DNA from: Ranitomeya imitator
Taxonomy: Eukaryota
Assembly: GCF_032444005.1 (NCBI RefSeq)
Contig: NC_091290.1
Coordinates: 156,488,001-156,552,000, forward strand
Length of the DNA stretch: 64,000 nucleotides
Reading direction: 5' to 3'
This document shows, piece by piece, positions 24,274 through 36,800 of this stretch (its first letter is position 1; every line of letters starts with the position of its first letter). The notes beneath the pieces are model-generated. The model worked only from the letters and a program-made list of their open reading frames with translations, searched no databases and was not told where the DNA came from. A program made the position numbers and the translations under genes.

Positions 24274-24786
24274 GTCGGCAGGAGAAGCAGCAACCGGAAG
24301 TGAGGGCCATAGAGCGGAGAGGCAGGAGAGAGCGCCGAGGGAGGATAGAGCTGCGGCTGGAGGACTGAGCGGCTCCGGAAGTGAGGGCCATAGAGCGGAG
24401 ACGCGGGAGGGAGCGCCGAGGGAGGAAAGAGCTGCGGCTGGAGGACTGAGCGGCTCCGGAAGTGAGGGCCATAGAGCGGAGAGGCAGGAGAGAGCGCCGA
24501 GGGGAGATACAGCTGCGGCTGGAGGACTGAGCGGCTCCGGAAGTGAGGGCCATAGAGCGGAGAGGCAGGAGGGAGCGCCGAGGGGAGATACAGCTGCGGC
24601 TGGAGGACTGAGCGGCTCCGGAAGTGAGGGCCATAGAGAGGAGACGCGGGAGGGAGCGCCGAGGGGAGATACAGCTGCGGCTGGAGGACTGAGCGGCTCC
24701 GGAAGCACGTGGTGCGGCGGTGTGGAGGGCAGTATAGAGCTGCAGTGTGTGGTGAGGCTGTACAGAGAGCTGTGTGGAGCGGCAGG
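24274..24786. promoter_or_regulatory. Bidirectional promoter / 5' UTR region shared by POLR2C and UTP6
   Basis: 513 bp between divergent ATGs, CpG-rich. CCGGAAGTG occurs at 24294, 24375, 24456, 24537 and 24618, and CCGGAAGC at 24699. Confidence 0.85.
24294..24705. repeat. 81-bp tandem repeat, 5 units, inside the POLR2C/UTP6 promoter
   Basis: Exact 81-bp spacing of CCGGAAG(T/C); unit about ccggaagtgagggccatagagcggagaggcaggagagagcgccgaggggagatacagctgcggctggaggactgagcggct. Confidence 0.95.
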
Positions 24787-24878
24787 ATGGCGGAGTTCGT
24801 CCAGCGCCGCGCGGAGGATCACATCCCGGAGCTGCAGCAGCTGGAGCGGGTCGGGCTGCTGACCTGTAAGGAAGTCAG
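24787..24878 (+). CDS. UTP6: UTP6 exon 1, coding part (92 bp)
   Basis: [30 protein letters not shown](R); Kozak aggATGG; donor AG|gtgaga. Confidence 0.94.
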
Positions 24879-27800
24879 GTGAGAGCCCCGGTGTGTGTGG
24901 AGGTCGGTGTCTGGGGGCCCCCGGTGTGTGTGTGTGTGTGTAGGAGGTCGGTGTCTGGGGGGCCCCCGGTGTGTGTGTGTGTGTGTGGAGGTCGGTGACT
25001 CTGGGGGGCCCCCGGTGTGTGTGGAGGTCGGTGACTCTGGGGGGCCCCGGTGTGTGTGTGTGTAGGTCGGTGACTCTGGGGGGCCCCCGGTGTGTGTGTG
25101 TGGAGGTCGGTGACTCTGGGGGGCCCCCGGTGTGTGTGTGTGGAGGTCGGTGACTCTGGGGGGCCCCCGGTGTGTGTGGAGGTCGGTGACTCTGGGGGGC
25201 CCCCGGTGTGTGTGTGTGGAGGTCGGTGACTCTGGGGGGCCCCCGGTGTGTGTGTGTGGAGGTCGGTGACTCTGGGGGGCCCCCGGTGTGTGTGTAGGTC
25301 GGTGACTCTGGGGGGCCCCCGGTGTGTGTGTGTGGAGGTCGGTGACTCTGGGGGGCCCCCGGTGTGTGTGTAGGTCGGTGACTCTGGGGGGCCCCCGGTG
25401 TGTGTGTGTGGAGGTCGGTGACTCTGGGGGGCCCCCGGTGTGTGTGTGTGTGGAGGTTGGTGACTCTGGGGGGCCCCCGGTGTGTGTGTAGGTCGGTGAC
25501 TCTGGGGGGCCCCCGGTGTGTGTGTGTGGAGGTCGGTGACTCTGGGGGGCCCCCGGTGTGTGTGTGTGGAGGTCGGTGACTCTGGGGGGCCCCCGGTGTG
25601 TGTGTGTGGAGGTCGGTGACTCTGGGGGGCCCCCGGTGTGTGTGGAGGTCGGTGACTCTAAGGGGCCCCCGGTGTGTGTGTAGGTCGGTGTCTGGGGGGC
25701 CCCCGGTGTGTGTGTGTGGAGGTCGGTGACTCTGGGGGGCCCCCGGTGTGTGTGTGTGGAGGTCGGTGTCTGGGGGGCCCCCGGTGTGTGTGTGGAGGTC
25801 GGTGACTCTGGGGGGCCCCCGGTGTGTGTGGAGGTCGGTGACTCTGGGGGGCCCCCGGTGTGTGTGGAGGTCGGTGACTCTGGGGGGCCCCCGGTGTGTG
25901 TGTGTAGGTCGGTGTCTGGGGGGCCCCCGGTGTGTGTGTGTGGAGGTCGGTGACTCTGGGGGGCCCCCGGTGTGTGTGTGTGGAGGTCGGTGACTCTGGG
26001 GGGCCCCCGGTGTGTGTGTGTGGAGGTCGGTGACTCTGGGGGGCCCCCGGTGTGTGTGTGTGGAGGTCGGTGACTCTGGGGGGCCCCCGGTGTGTGTGGA
26101 GGTCGGTGACTCTGGGGGGCCCCCGGTGTGTGTGTGTGGAGGTCGGTGACTCTGGGGGGCCCCCGGTGTGTGTGTGTGGAGGTCGGTGACTCTGGGGGGC
26201 CCCCGGTGTGTGTGGAGGTCGGTGACTCTGGGGGGCCCCCGGTGTGTGTGTGTAGGTCGGTGTCTGGGGGGCCCCCGGTGTGTGTGTGTGGAGGTCGGTG
26301 ACTCTGGGGGGCCCCCGGTGTGTGTGTGTGGAGGTCGGTGACTCTGGGGGGCCCCCGGTGTGTGTGTGTGGAGGTCGGTGACTCTGGGGGGCCCCCGGTG
26401 TGTGTGTGTGGAGGTCGGTGACTCTGGGGGGCCCCCGGTGTGTGTGGAGGTCGGTGACTCTGGGGGGCCCCCGGTGTGTGTGTGTGGAGGTCGGTGACTC
26501 TGGGGGGCCCCCGGTGTGTGTGGAGGTCGGTGACTCTGGGGGGCCCCCGGTGTGTGTGTAGGTCGGTGTCTGGGGGGCCCCCGGTGTGTGTGTGTGGAGG
26601 TCGGTGACTCTGGGGGGCCCCCGGTGTGTGTGTGTGGAGGTCGGTGACTCTGGGGGGCCCCCGGTGTGTGTGGAGGTCGGAGACTCTGGGGGGCCCCCGG
26701 TGTGTGTGTGTAGGTCGGTGACTCTGGGGGGCCCCCGGTGTGTGTGGAGGTCGGTGTCTGGGGGGCCCCCGGTGTGTGTGTGTGTGTAGGTCGGTGACTC
26801 TGGGGGGCCCCCGGTGTGTGTGGAGGTCGGTGACTCTGGGGGGCCCCCGGTGTGTGTGGAGGTCGGAGACTCTGGGGGGCCCCCGGTGTGTGTGTGGAGG
26901 TCGGTGACTCTGGGGGGCCCCCGGTGTGTGTGGAGGTCGGTGTCTGGGGGGCCCCCGGTGTGTGTGTGTGTAGGTCGGTGACTCTGGGGGGCCCCCGGTG
27001 TGTGTGGAGGTCGGTGACTCTGGGGGGCCCCCGGTGTGTGTGTGTAGGTCGGTGTCTGGGGGGCCCCCGGTGTGTGTGTGTGGAGGTCGGTGACTCTGGG
27101 GGGCCCCCGGTGTGTGTGTAGGAGGTCGGTGTCTGGGGGGCCCCCGGTGTGTGTGTGTGGAGGTCGGTGACTCTGGGGGGCCCCCGGTGTGTGTGTAGGA
27201 GGTCGGTGTCTGGGGGGCCCCCGGTGTGTGTGTGTGGAGGTCGGTGAATCTGGGGGGCCCCCGGTGTGTGTGGAGGTCGGTGACTCTGGGGGGCCCCCGG
27301 TGTGTGTGGAGGTCGGTGTCTGGGGGCCCCCGGTGTGTGTGTAGGTCGGTGTCTGGGGGGCCCCCGGTGTGTGTGTGTGTGTGGAGGTCGGTGACTCTGG
27401 GGGGCCCCCGGTGTGTGTGTGTGGAGGTCGGTGACTCTGGGGGGCCCCCGGTGTGTGTGGAGGTCGGTGACTCTGGGGGCCCCCGGTGTGTGTGGAGGTC
27501 GGTGTCTGGGGGCCCCCGGTGTGTGTGTAGGTCGGTGTCTGGGGGGCCCCCGGTGTGTGTGTGTGGAGGTCGGTGACTCTGGGGGGCCCCCGGTGTGTGT
27601 GTGTAGGTCGGTGTCTGGGGGGCCCCCGGTGTGTGTGTGTGGAGGTCGGTGACTCTGGGGGGCCCCCGGTGTGTGTGTGTGGAGGTCGGTGACTCTGGGG
27701 GGCCCCCGGTGTGTGTGTGTGGAGGTCGGTGACTCTGGGGGGCCCCCGGTGTGTGTGTGTGTGGAGATCGGTGACTCTGGGGGGCCCCCGGTGTGTGTGG

Positions 27801-30800
27801 AGGTCGGTGACTCTGGGGGGCCCCCGGTGTGTGTGTGTGGAGGTCGGTGACTCTGGGGGGCCCCCGGTGTGTGTGGAGGTCGGTGACTCTGGGGGGCCCC
27901 CGGTGTGTGTGTAGGTCGGTGTCTGGGGGGCCCCCGGTGTGTGTGTGTGGAGGTCGGTGACTCTGGGGGGCCCCCGGTGTGTGTGTGTGGAGGTCGGTGA
28001 CTCTGGGGGGCCCCCGGTGTGTGTGGAGGTCGGAGACTCTGGGGGGCCCCCGGTGTGTGTGGAGGTCGGTGACTCTGGGGGGCCCCCGGTGTGTGTGTGT
28101 AGGTCGGTGTCTGGGGGGCCCCCGGTGTGTGTGTGTGGAGGTCGGTGACTCTGGGGGGCCCCCGGTGTGTGTGTAGGAGGTCGGTGTCTGGGGGGCCCCC
28201 GGTGTGTGTGTGTGGAGGTCGGTGAATCTGGGGGGCCCCCGGTGTGTGTGGAGGTCGGTGACTCTGGGGGGGCCCCCGGTGTGTGTGGAGGTCGGTGTCT
28301 GGGGGCCCCCGGTGTGTGTGTAGGTCGGTGTCTGGGGGGCCCCCGGTGTGTGTGTGTGTGGAGGTCGGTGACTCTGGGGGGCCCCCGGTGTGTGTGTGTG
28401 GAGGTCGGTGACTCTGGGGGGCCCCCGGTGTGTGTGTGGAGGTCGGTGACTCTGGGGGGCCCCCGGTGTGTGTGGAGGTCGGTGACTCTGGGGGGCCCCC
28501 GGTGTGTGTGGAGGTCGGTGACTCTGGGGGGCCCCCGGTGTGTGTGGAGGTCGGTGACTCTGGGGGGCCCCCGGTGTGTGTGTAGGAGGTCGGTGTCTGG
28601 GGGGCCCCCGGTGTGTGTGTGTGGAGGTCGGTGAATCTGGGGGGCCCCCGGTGTGTGTGGAGGTCGGTGACTCTGGGGGGCCCCCGGTGTGTGTGGAGGT
28701 CGGTGTCTGGGGGCCCCCGGTGTGTGTGTAGGTCGGTGTCTGGGGGGCCCCCGGTGTGTGTGTGTGTGGAGGTCGGTGACTCTGGGGGGCCCCCGGTGTG
28801 TGTGTGTGGAGGTCGGTGACTCTGGGGGGCCCCCGGTGTGTGTGGAGGTCGGTGACTCTGGGGGCCCCCGGTGTGTGTGGAGGTCGGTGTCTGGGGGCCC
28901 CCGGTGTGTGTGTAGGTCGGTGTCTGGGGGGCCCCCGGTGTGTGTGTGTGGAGGTCGGTGACTCTGGGGGGCCCCCGGTGTGTGTGTGTGTAGGTCGGTG
29001 TCTGGGGGGCCCCCGGTGTGTGTGTGTGGAGGTCGGTGACTCTGGGGGGCCCCCGGTGTGTGTGGAGGTCGGTGACTCTGGGGGGCCCCCGGTGTGTGTG
29101 GAGGTCGGTGACTCTGGGGGGCCCCCGGTGTGTGTGTAGGAGGTCGGTGTCTGGGGGGCCCCCGGTGTGTGTGTGTGGAGGTCGGTGACTCTGGGGGGCC
29201 CCCGGTGTGTGTGGAGGTCGGTGACTCTGGGGGGCCCCCGGTGTGTGTGGAGGTCGGTGACTCTGGGGGGCCCCCGGTGTGTGTGGAGGTCGGTGACTCT
29301 GGGGGGCCCCCGGTGTGTGTGTGTAGGTCGGTGTCTGGGGGGCCCCCGGTGTGTGTGTGTGGAGGTCGGTGACTCTGGGGGGCCCCCGGTGTGTGTGGAG
29401 GTCGGTGACTCTGGGGGGCCCCCGGTGTGTGTGGAGGTCGGTGACTCTGGGGGGCCCCCGGTGTGTGTGGAGGTCGGTGACTCTGGGGGGCCCCCGGTGT
29501 GTGTGTGTAGGTCGGTGTCTGGGGGGCCCCCGGTGTGTGTGTGTGGAGGTCGGTGACTCTGGGGGGCCCCCGGTGTGTGTGTGTAGGTCGGTGTCTGGGG
29601 GGCCCCCGGTGTGTGTGTGTGGAGGTCGGTGACTCTGGGGGGCCCCCGGTGTGTGTGGAGGTCGGTGACTCTGGGGGGCCCCCGGTGTGTGTGGAGGTCG
29701 GTGACTCTGGGGGGCCCCCGGTGTGTGTGTGTAGGTCGGTGTCTGGGGGGCCCCCGGTGTGTGTGTGTGGAGGTCGGTGACTCTGGGGGGCCCCCGGTGT
29801 GTGTGGAGGTCGGTGACTCTGGGGGGCCCCCGGTGTGTGTGGAGGTTGGTGACTCTGGGGTGCCCCCGGTGTGTGTGTGGAGGTCGGTGTCTGGGGGGCC
29901 CCCGGTGTGTGTGTGTGGAGGTCGGTGTCTGGGGGGGCCCCGTGTGTGTGTGTGTGGAGGTCGGTGTCTGGGGGGCCCCCGGTGTGTGTGTGTGGAGGTC
30001 GGTGTCTGGGGGGCCCCCCGTGTGTGTGTGTGGAGGTCGGTGACTCTGGGGGGGGCCGCCGGTGTGTGTGTGGAGGTTGGTGACTCTGGGGGGCCCCCGG
30101 TGTGTGTGTGTGTGTGTGTAGGTCGGTGTCTGGGGGCCCCCGGTGTGTGTAGGTCGGTGTCTGGGGGCCCCCGGTGTGTGGAGGTCGGTGTCTGGGGGGC
30201 CCCCGTGTGTGTGTGTGGAGGTCGGTGACTCTGGGGGGCCCCCGGTGTGTGTGGAGGTCGGTGACTCTGGGGGGCCCCCGGTGTGTGTGGAGGTCGGTGA
30301 CTCTGGGGGGCCCCCGGTGTGTGTGTAGGAGGTCGGTGTCTGGGGGGCCCCCGGTGTGTGTGTGTGGAGGTCGGTGACTCTGGGGGGCCCCCGGTGTGTG
30401 TGGAGGTCGGTGACTCTGGGGGGCCCCCGGTGTGTGTGGAGGTCGGTGACTCTGGGGGGCCCCCGGTGTGTGTGGAGGTCGGTGACTCTGGGGGGCCCCC
30501 GGTGTGTGTGTGTAGGTCGGTGTCTGGGGGGCCCCCGGTGTGTGTGTGTGGAGGTCGGTGACTCTGGGGGGCCCCCGGTGTGTGTGGAGGTCGGTGACTC
30601 TGGGGGGCCCCCGGTGTGTGTGGAGGTCGGTGACTCTGGGGGGCCCCCGGTGTGTGTGTGTAGGTCGGTGTCTGGGGGGCCCCCGGTGTGTGTGTGTGGA
30701 GGTCGGTGACTCTGGGGGGCCCCCGGTGTGTGTGGAGGTCGGTGACTCTGGGGGGCCCCCGGTGTGTGTGGAGGTTGGTGACTCTGGGGGGCCCCCGGTG

Positions 30801-33800
30801 TGTGTGTGTGGAGGTCGGTGTCTGGGGGGCCCCCGGTGTGTGTGTGTGGAGGTCGGTGTCTGGGGGGGCCCCGTGTGTGTGTGTGTGGAGGTCGGTGTCT
30901 GGGGGGCCCCCGGTGTGTGTGTGTGGAGGTCGGTGTCTGGGGGGCCCCCCGTGTGTGTGTGTGGAGGTCGGTGACTCTGGGGGGGGCCGCCGGTGTGTGT
31001 GGAGGTCGGTGACTCTGGGGGGCCCCCGGTGTGTGTGTGTGGAGGTCGGTGACTCTGGGGGGCCCCCGGTGTGTGTGTGTGGAGGTCGGTGTCTGGGGGG
31101 CCCCGTGTGTGTGTGTGTGGAGGTCGGTGTCTGGGGGGCCCCGTGTGTGTGGAGGTCGGTGTCTGGGGGGCCCCCGGTGTGTGTGTGTGGAGGTCGGTGT
31201 CTGGGGGGGCCCCGTGTGTGTGTGTGTGGAGGTCGGTGTCTGGGGGGCCCCCGGTGTGTGTGTGTGTGTGGAGGTCGGTGTCTGGGGGGCCCCCCGTGTG
31301 TGTGTGTGTGGAGGTCGGTGACTCTGGGGGGCCCCCGGTGTGTGTGTGTGTGGAGGTCGGTGACTCTGGGGGGCCCCCGGTGTGTGTGTGTGGAGGTCGG
31401 TGTCTGGGGGGCCCCGTGTGTGTGTGTGTGGAGGNNNNNNNNNNNNNNNNNNNNNNNNNNNNNNNNNNNNNNNNNNNNNNNNNNNNNNNNNNNNNNNNNN
31501 NNNNNNNNNNNNNNNNNNNNNNNNNNNNNNNNNNNNNNNNNNNNNNNNNNNNNNNNNNNNNNNNNNNNNNNNNNNNNNNNNNNNNNNNNCCCCGTGTGTG
31601 TGTGTGGAGGTCGGTGTCTGGGGGGCCCCCGGTGTGTGTGTGTGGAGGTCGGTGTCTGGGGGGGCCCCGTGTGTGTGTGTGTGGAGGTCGGTGTCTGGGG
31701 GGCCCCCGGTGTGTGTGTGGAGGTCGGTGTCTGGGGGGCCCCCCGTGTGTGTGTGTGTGGAGGTCGGTGACTCTGGGGGGCCCCCGGTGTGTGTGTGTGT
31801 GGAGGTCGGTGACTCTGGGGGGCCCCCGGTGTGTGTGTGTGGAGGTCGGTGTCTGGGGGGCCCCGTGTGTGTGTGTGTGGAGGTCGGTGTCTGGGGGGCC
31901 CCGTGTGTGTGTGTGTGTGTGGAGGTCGGTGTCTGGGGGGCCCCCGGTGTGTGTGTGTGTGTGGAGGTCGGTGTCTGGGGGGCCCCGTGTGTGTGTGTGG
32001 AGGTCGGTGTCTGGGGGGCCCCCGGTGTGTGTGTAGGAGGTCGGTGTCTGGGGGGCCCCCGGTGTGTGTGTAGGAGGTCGGTGTCTGGGGGGCCCCCGGT
32101 GTGTGTGTAGGAGGTCGGTGACTCTGGGGGGCCCCCGGTGTGTGTGTAGGAGGTCGGTGTCTGGGGGGCCCCGTGTGTGTGTGTGGAGGTCGGTGTCTGG
32201 GGGGCCCCCGGTGTGTGTGTAGGAGGTCGGTGTCTGGGGGGCCCCCGGTGTGTGTGTAGGAGGTCGGTGTCTGGGGGGCCCCGTGTGTGTGTGTGGAGGT
32301 CGGTGTCTGGGGGGCCCCGTGTGTGTGTAGGAGGTCGGTGTCTGGGGGGCCCCCGGTGTGTGTGTAGGAGGTCGGTGTCTGGGGGGCCCCCGGTGTGTGT
32401 GTAGGAGGTCGGTGACTCTGGGGGGCCCCCGGTGTGTGTGTAGGAGGTCGGTGTCTGGGGGCCCCCGGTGTGTGTGTGTGTGTGTGTGTAGGTCGGTGTC
32501 TGGGGGCCCCCGGTGTGTGTGTGTGTGGAGGTCGGTGACTCTGGGGGGCCCCCGGTGTGTGTGTGTGTGGAGGTCGGTGTCTGGGGGGCCCCCGGTGTTT
32601 GTGTGTGTGGAGGTCGGTGTCTGGGGGGCCCCCGGTGTGTGTGTGGAGGTCTGTGACTCTGGGGGGCCCCGTAAGGCACCGCTCACATCTCGTCTTATTT
32701 TTTGCAGATCTGTCATTAAGAAACGAATGTCTCTGGAGTACAAGCTGGGGAGGAGGACAGTAGAGAAGGAGGACTTCATCAGCTACATCCAGGTGAGCCA
32801 AACAGGACACACACACACGCCCCCTCCCTCCCTCCGCCCCCTCCCTCCGCTCTCGCCCCCTCCCTCCGCTCTCGCCCCCTCCCTCCGCTCTCGCCCCCTC
32901 CCTCCGCTCTCGCCCCCTCCCTCCGCTCTCGCCCCCTCCCTCCGCTCTTGCCCCCTCCCTCCCTCCGCTCTCGCCCCCTCCCTCCCTCCGCTCTCGCCCC
33001 CTCCCTCCCTCCGCTCTCACCCCCTCCCTCCCTCCCTCCGCTCTCGCCCCCTCCGCTCTCGCCCCCTCCCTCCCTCCCTCCCTCCGCTCTCGCCCCCTCC
33101 CTCCCTCCCTCCCTCCGCTCTCGCCCCCTCCCTCCCTCCCTCCCTCCGCTCTCGCCCCCTCCCTCCCTCTCTCCGCTCTCGCCCCCTCCCTCCCTCCCTC
33201 CGCTCTCGCCCCCTCCCTCAACGCTCTTGCCTTGTCTTTTATAGTATGAGATCAACTTTCTGGAGCTGCTTAAAAAGAGGAGGCAGGTATGAAGGATTCA
33301 ATGGTTCTGTGAGGTCGGGGGGAATGGCTGTTAGTTTGGAGAGGTCGGGGGAATGGCTGTTAGTTTGGAGAGGTCGGGGGGGAATGGCTGTTAGTTTGGA
33401 GAGGTCGGGGGGGAATGGCTGTTAGTTTGGAGAGGTCGGGGGAATGGCTGTTAGTTTGGAGAGGTCGGGGGGAATGACTGTTAGTTTGGAGAGGTCGGGG
33501 GGAATGGCTGTTAGTTTGGAGAGGTCGGGGGAATGGCTGTTAGTTTGGAGAGGTCGGGGGGGAATGGCTGTTAGTTTGGAGAGGTCGGGGGGGAATGGCT
33601 GTTAGTTTGGAGAGGTCGGGGGAATGGCTGTTAGTTTGGAGAGGTCGGGGGGGAATGGCTGTTAGTTTGGAGAGGTCGGGGGGGAATGGCTGTTAGTTTG
33701 GAGAGGTCGGGGGAATGGCTGTTAGTTTGGAGAGGTCGGGGGGGAATGACTGTTTGGAGAGGTCGGGGGGAATGGCTGTTAGTCTGGAGAGGTCGGGGGG

Positions 33801-36800
33801 AATGGATGTTAGTTTGGAGAGGTCGGGGGGGAATGGCTGTTAGTTTGGAGAGGTCGGGGGGAATGACTGTTAGTTTGGAGAGGTCGGGGGAATGGCTGTT
33901 AGTTTGGAGAGGTCGGGGGGAATGACTGTTTGGAGAGGTCGGGGGGAATGGCTGTTAGTCTGGAGAGGTCGGGGGGGAATGGCTGTTAGTTTGGAGAGGT
34001 CGGGGGGGAATGGCTGTTAGTTTGGAGAGGTCGGGGGGAATGACTGTTAGTTTGGAGAGGTCGGGGGGGAATGACTGTTAGTTTGGAGAGGTCGGGGGGG
34101 AATGACTGTTAGTTTGGAGAGGTCGGGGGGGAATGACTGTTAGTTTGGAGAGGTCGGGGGGGAATGACTGTTAGTCTGGAGAGGTCGGGGGGGAATGACT
34201 GTTAGTCTGGAGAGGTCGGGGGGGAATGACTGTTAGCTTGGAGAGGTCGGGGGGGGAATGACTGTTAGTTTGGAGAGGTCGGGGGGGAATGACTGTTAGT
34301 TTGGAGAGGTCGGGGGGGAATGACTGTTAGTTTGGAGAGGTCGGGGGGAATGACTGTTAGTTTGGAGAGGTCGGGGGGGGAATGACTGTTAGTCTGGAGA
34401 GGTCGGGGGGGAATGACTGTTAGTCTGGAGAGGTCGGGGGGGAATGACTGTTAGTTTGGAGAGGTCGGGGGGGAATGACTGTTAGTTTGGAGAGGTCGGG
34501 GGGGAATGGCTGTTAGTCTGGAGAGGTCGGGGGGGAATGACTGTTAGTTTGGAGAGGTCGGGGGCTGTGCAGCTCGGGATCTCGGTCAAACTCTCAGTAG
34601 GGGTGGAGCAGCTCTTCTCGAGGGCGTGGCGGTAGTGTTGCCCCTGATTGGTCAGTCTCCCCTGTGTTCTCAGCGCATTGGATACTGGCATAAGAAGGAG
34701 GAGATGGAGTACGTGATCCTACAGAGAGTCCACAACCTCTTCATTCGCGCCACCAACAAGTGGAAGGTATGTGCTGCTGTACTGCGCATGCTGGGGGTTG
34801 TAGTCTTGGTGACCTCCTAACCTCTTGCTGCTGTCGTCTTGTAGGAGGACCTGCAGATGTGGATGTCTCACGTGGCTTTCTGTAAGAAGTGGGTGAGTGT
34901 CTCAGTCAGTTTGCGCTCGGCCTGGAGCACGTTCTCCATCTGACGCTTGTCTCTGTTTCAGAACTTTAAATTGAAGCTCAGCAGCATCTTCTCCTCCCTC
35001 CTGGCCGTGCACCCGGATAAAGCAGGTAGTACACGGACCGCTCCCTCCGGCCCCGCGCCGACCGCTCCCTCCGGCCCCGCGCCGACCGCTCCCTCCGGCC
35101 CCGCGCCGACCGCTCCCTCCGGCCCCGCGCCGACCGCTCCCTCCGGCCCCGTGCCGACCGCTCCCTCCGGCCCCGCGCCGACCGCTCCCTCCGGCCCCGC
35201 GCCGACCGCTCCCTCCGGCCCCGCGCCGACCGCTCCCTCTTCTTTGCTTTCAGCTTTGTGGATAATGGCAGCCAAGTGGGAGTTTGAAGATCATCTGTCA
35301 ACAGAGAGTGCAAGACATCTCTTTCTGCGCGCCCTGCGCTTCCACCCAGACTCCGCCAAATTGTACCTGGAGGTGAGTGTATGCTACCAGCACTAAACTG
35401 TGTGCCTCCTGATGGGGGTAGTATTATAGTAGTTATATTCTTGTATATAGGGGGCAGTATTATAGTAGTTATATTCTTGTACATAGGGGCAGTATTATAG
35501 TAGTTATATTCTTGTACATAGGGGCAGTATTATAGTAGTTATATTCTTGTACATAGGGGCAGTATTATAGTGGTTATATTCTTGTACATAGGAGCAGTAT
35601 TATAGTAGTTATATTCTTGTATATAGGGGGCAGTATTATAGTAGTTATATTCTTGTACATAGGGAGCAGTATTATAGTAGTTATATTCTTGTACATAGGG
35701 GCAGTATTATAGTAGTTATATTCTTGTACATAGGGGCAGTATTATAGTAGTTATATTCTTGTACATAGGGGGCAGTATTATAGTAGTTATATTCTTGTAC
35801 ATAGGGGGCAGTATTATAGTAGTTATATTCTTGTACATAGGGGCAGTATTATAGTAGTTATATTCTTGTACATAGGAGCAGTATTATAGTAGTTATATTC
35901 TTGTACATAGGAGCAGTATTATAGTAGTTATATTCTTGTACATAGGGGGCAGTATTATAGTAGTTATATTCTTGTATATAGGAGCAGTATTATAGTAGTT
36001 ATATTCTTGTACATAGGGGCAGTATTATAGTAGATATATTCTTGTATATAGGAGCAGTGTTATAGTAGTTATATTCTTGTATATAGGAGCAGTATTATAG
36101 TAGTTATATTCCTGTACATAGGGGCAGTATTATAGTAGTTATATTCTTTTACATAGGGGCAGTATTATAGTAGTTATATTCTTGTACACGGGCAGTATTA
36201 TAGCAGTTATATTCTTGTACATAGGAGCAGTATTATAGCAGTTATATTCTTGTACATAGGGGCAGTATTATAGTAGTTATATTCTTGTACACGGGCAGTA
36301 TTATAGCAGTTATATTCTTGTACATAGGGGCAGTATTATAGCAGTTATATTCTTGTACATAGGAGCAGTATTATAGTAGTTATATTCTTGTACATAGGAG
36401 CAGTATTATAGTAGTTATATTCTTGTACATAGGGGGCAGTATTATAGTAGTTATATTCTTGTACATAGGAGCAGTATTATAGTAGTTATATTCTTGTACA
36501 TAGGGGCAATATTATAGTAGTTATATTCCTGTACATAGGAGCAGTATTATAGTAGTTATATTCTTGTATGTAGCAGTATTATAGTAGTTATATTCTTGTA
36601 CATAGAGCAGTATTATAGTAGTTATATTCTTGTACATAGGGGCAGTATTATAGTAGTTATATTCTTGTATGTAGCAGTATTATAGTAGTTATATTCTTGT
36701 ACATAGGGGCAGTATTATAGTAGTTATATTCTTGTATGTAGCAGTATTATAGTAGTTATATTCTTGTACATAGGGGCAGTATTATAGTAGTTATATTCTT

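Noticed and set aside
24184-33221. Minus-strand ORFs of 2373-2831 aa (mucin- or extensin-like Pro/Thr/His-rich)
   Set aside because: Satellite translations spanning an N gap. Only the last 29 codons of the 24184 ORF are real (POLR2C exon 1).
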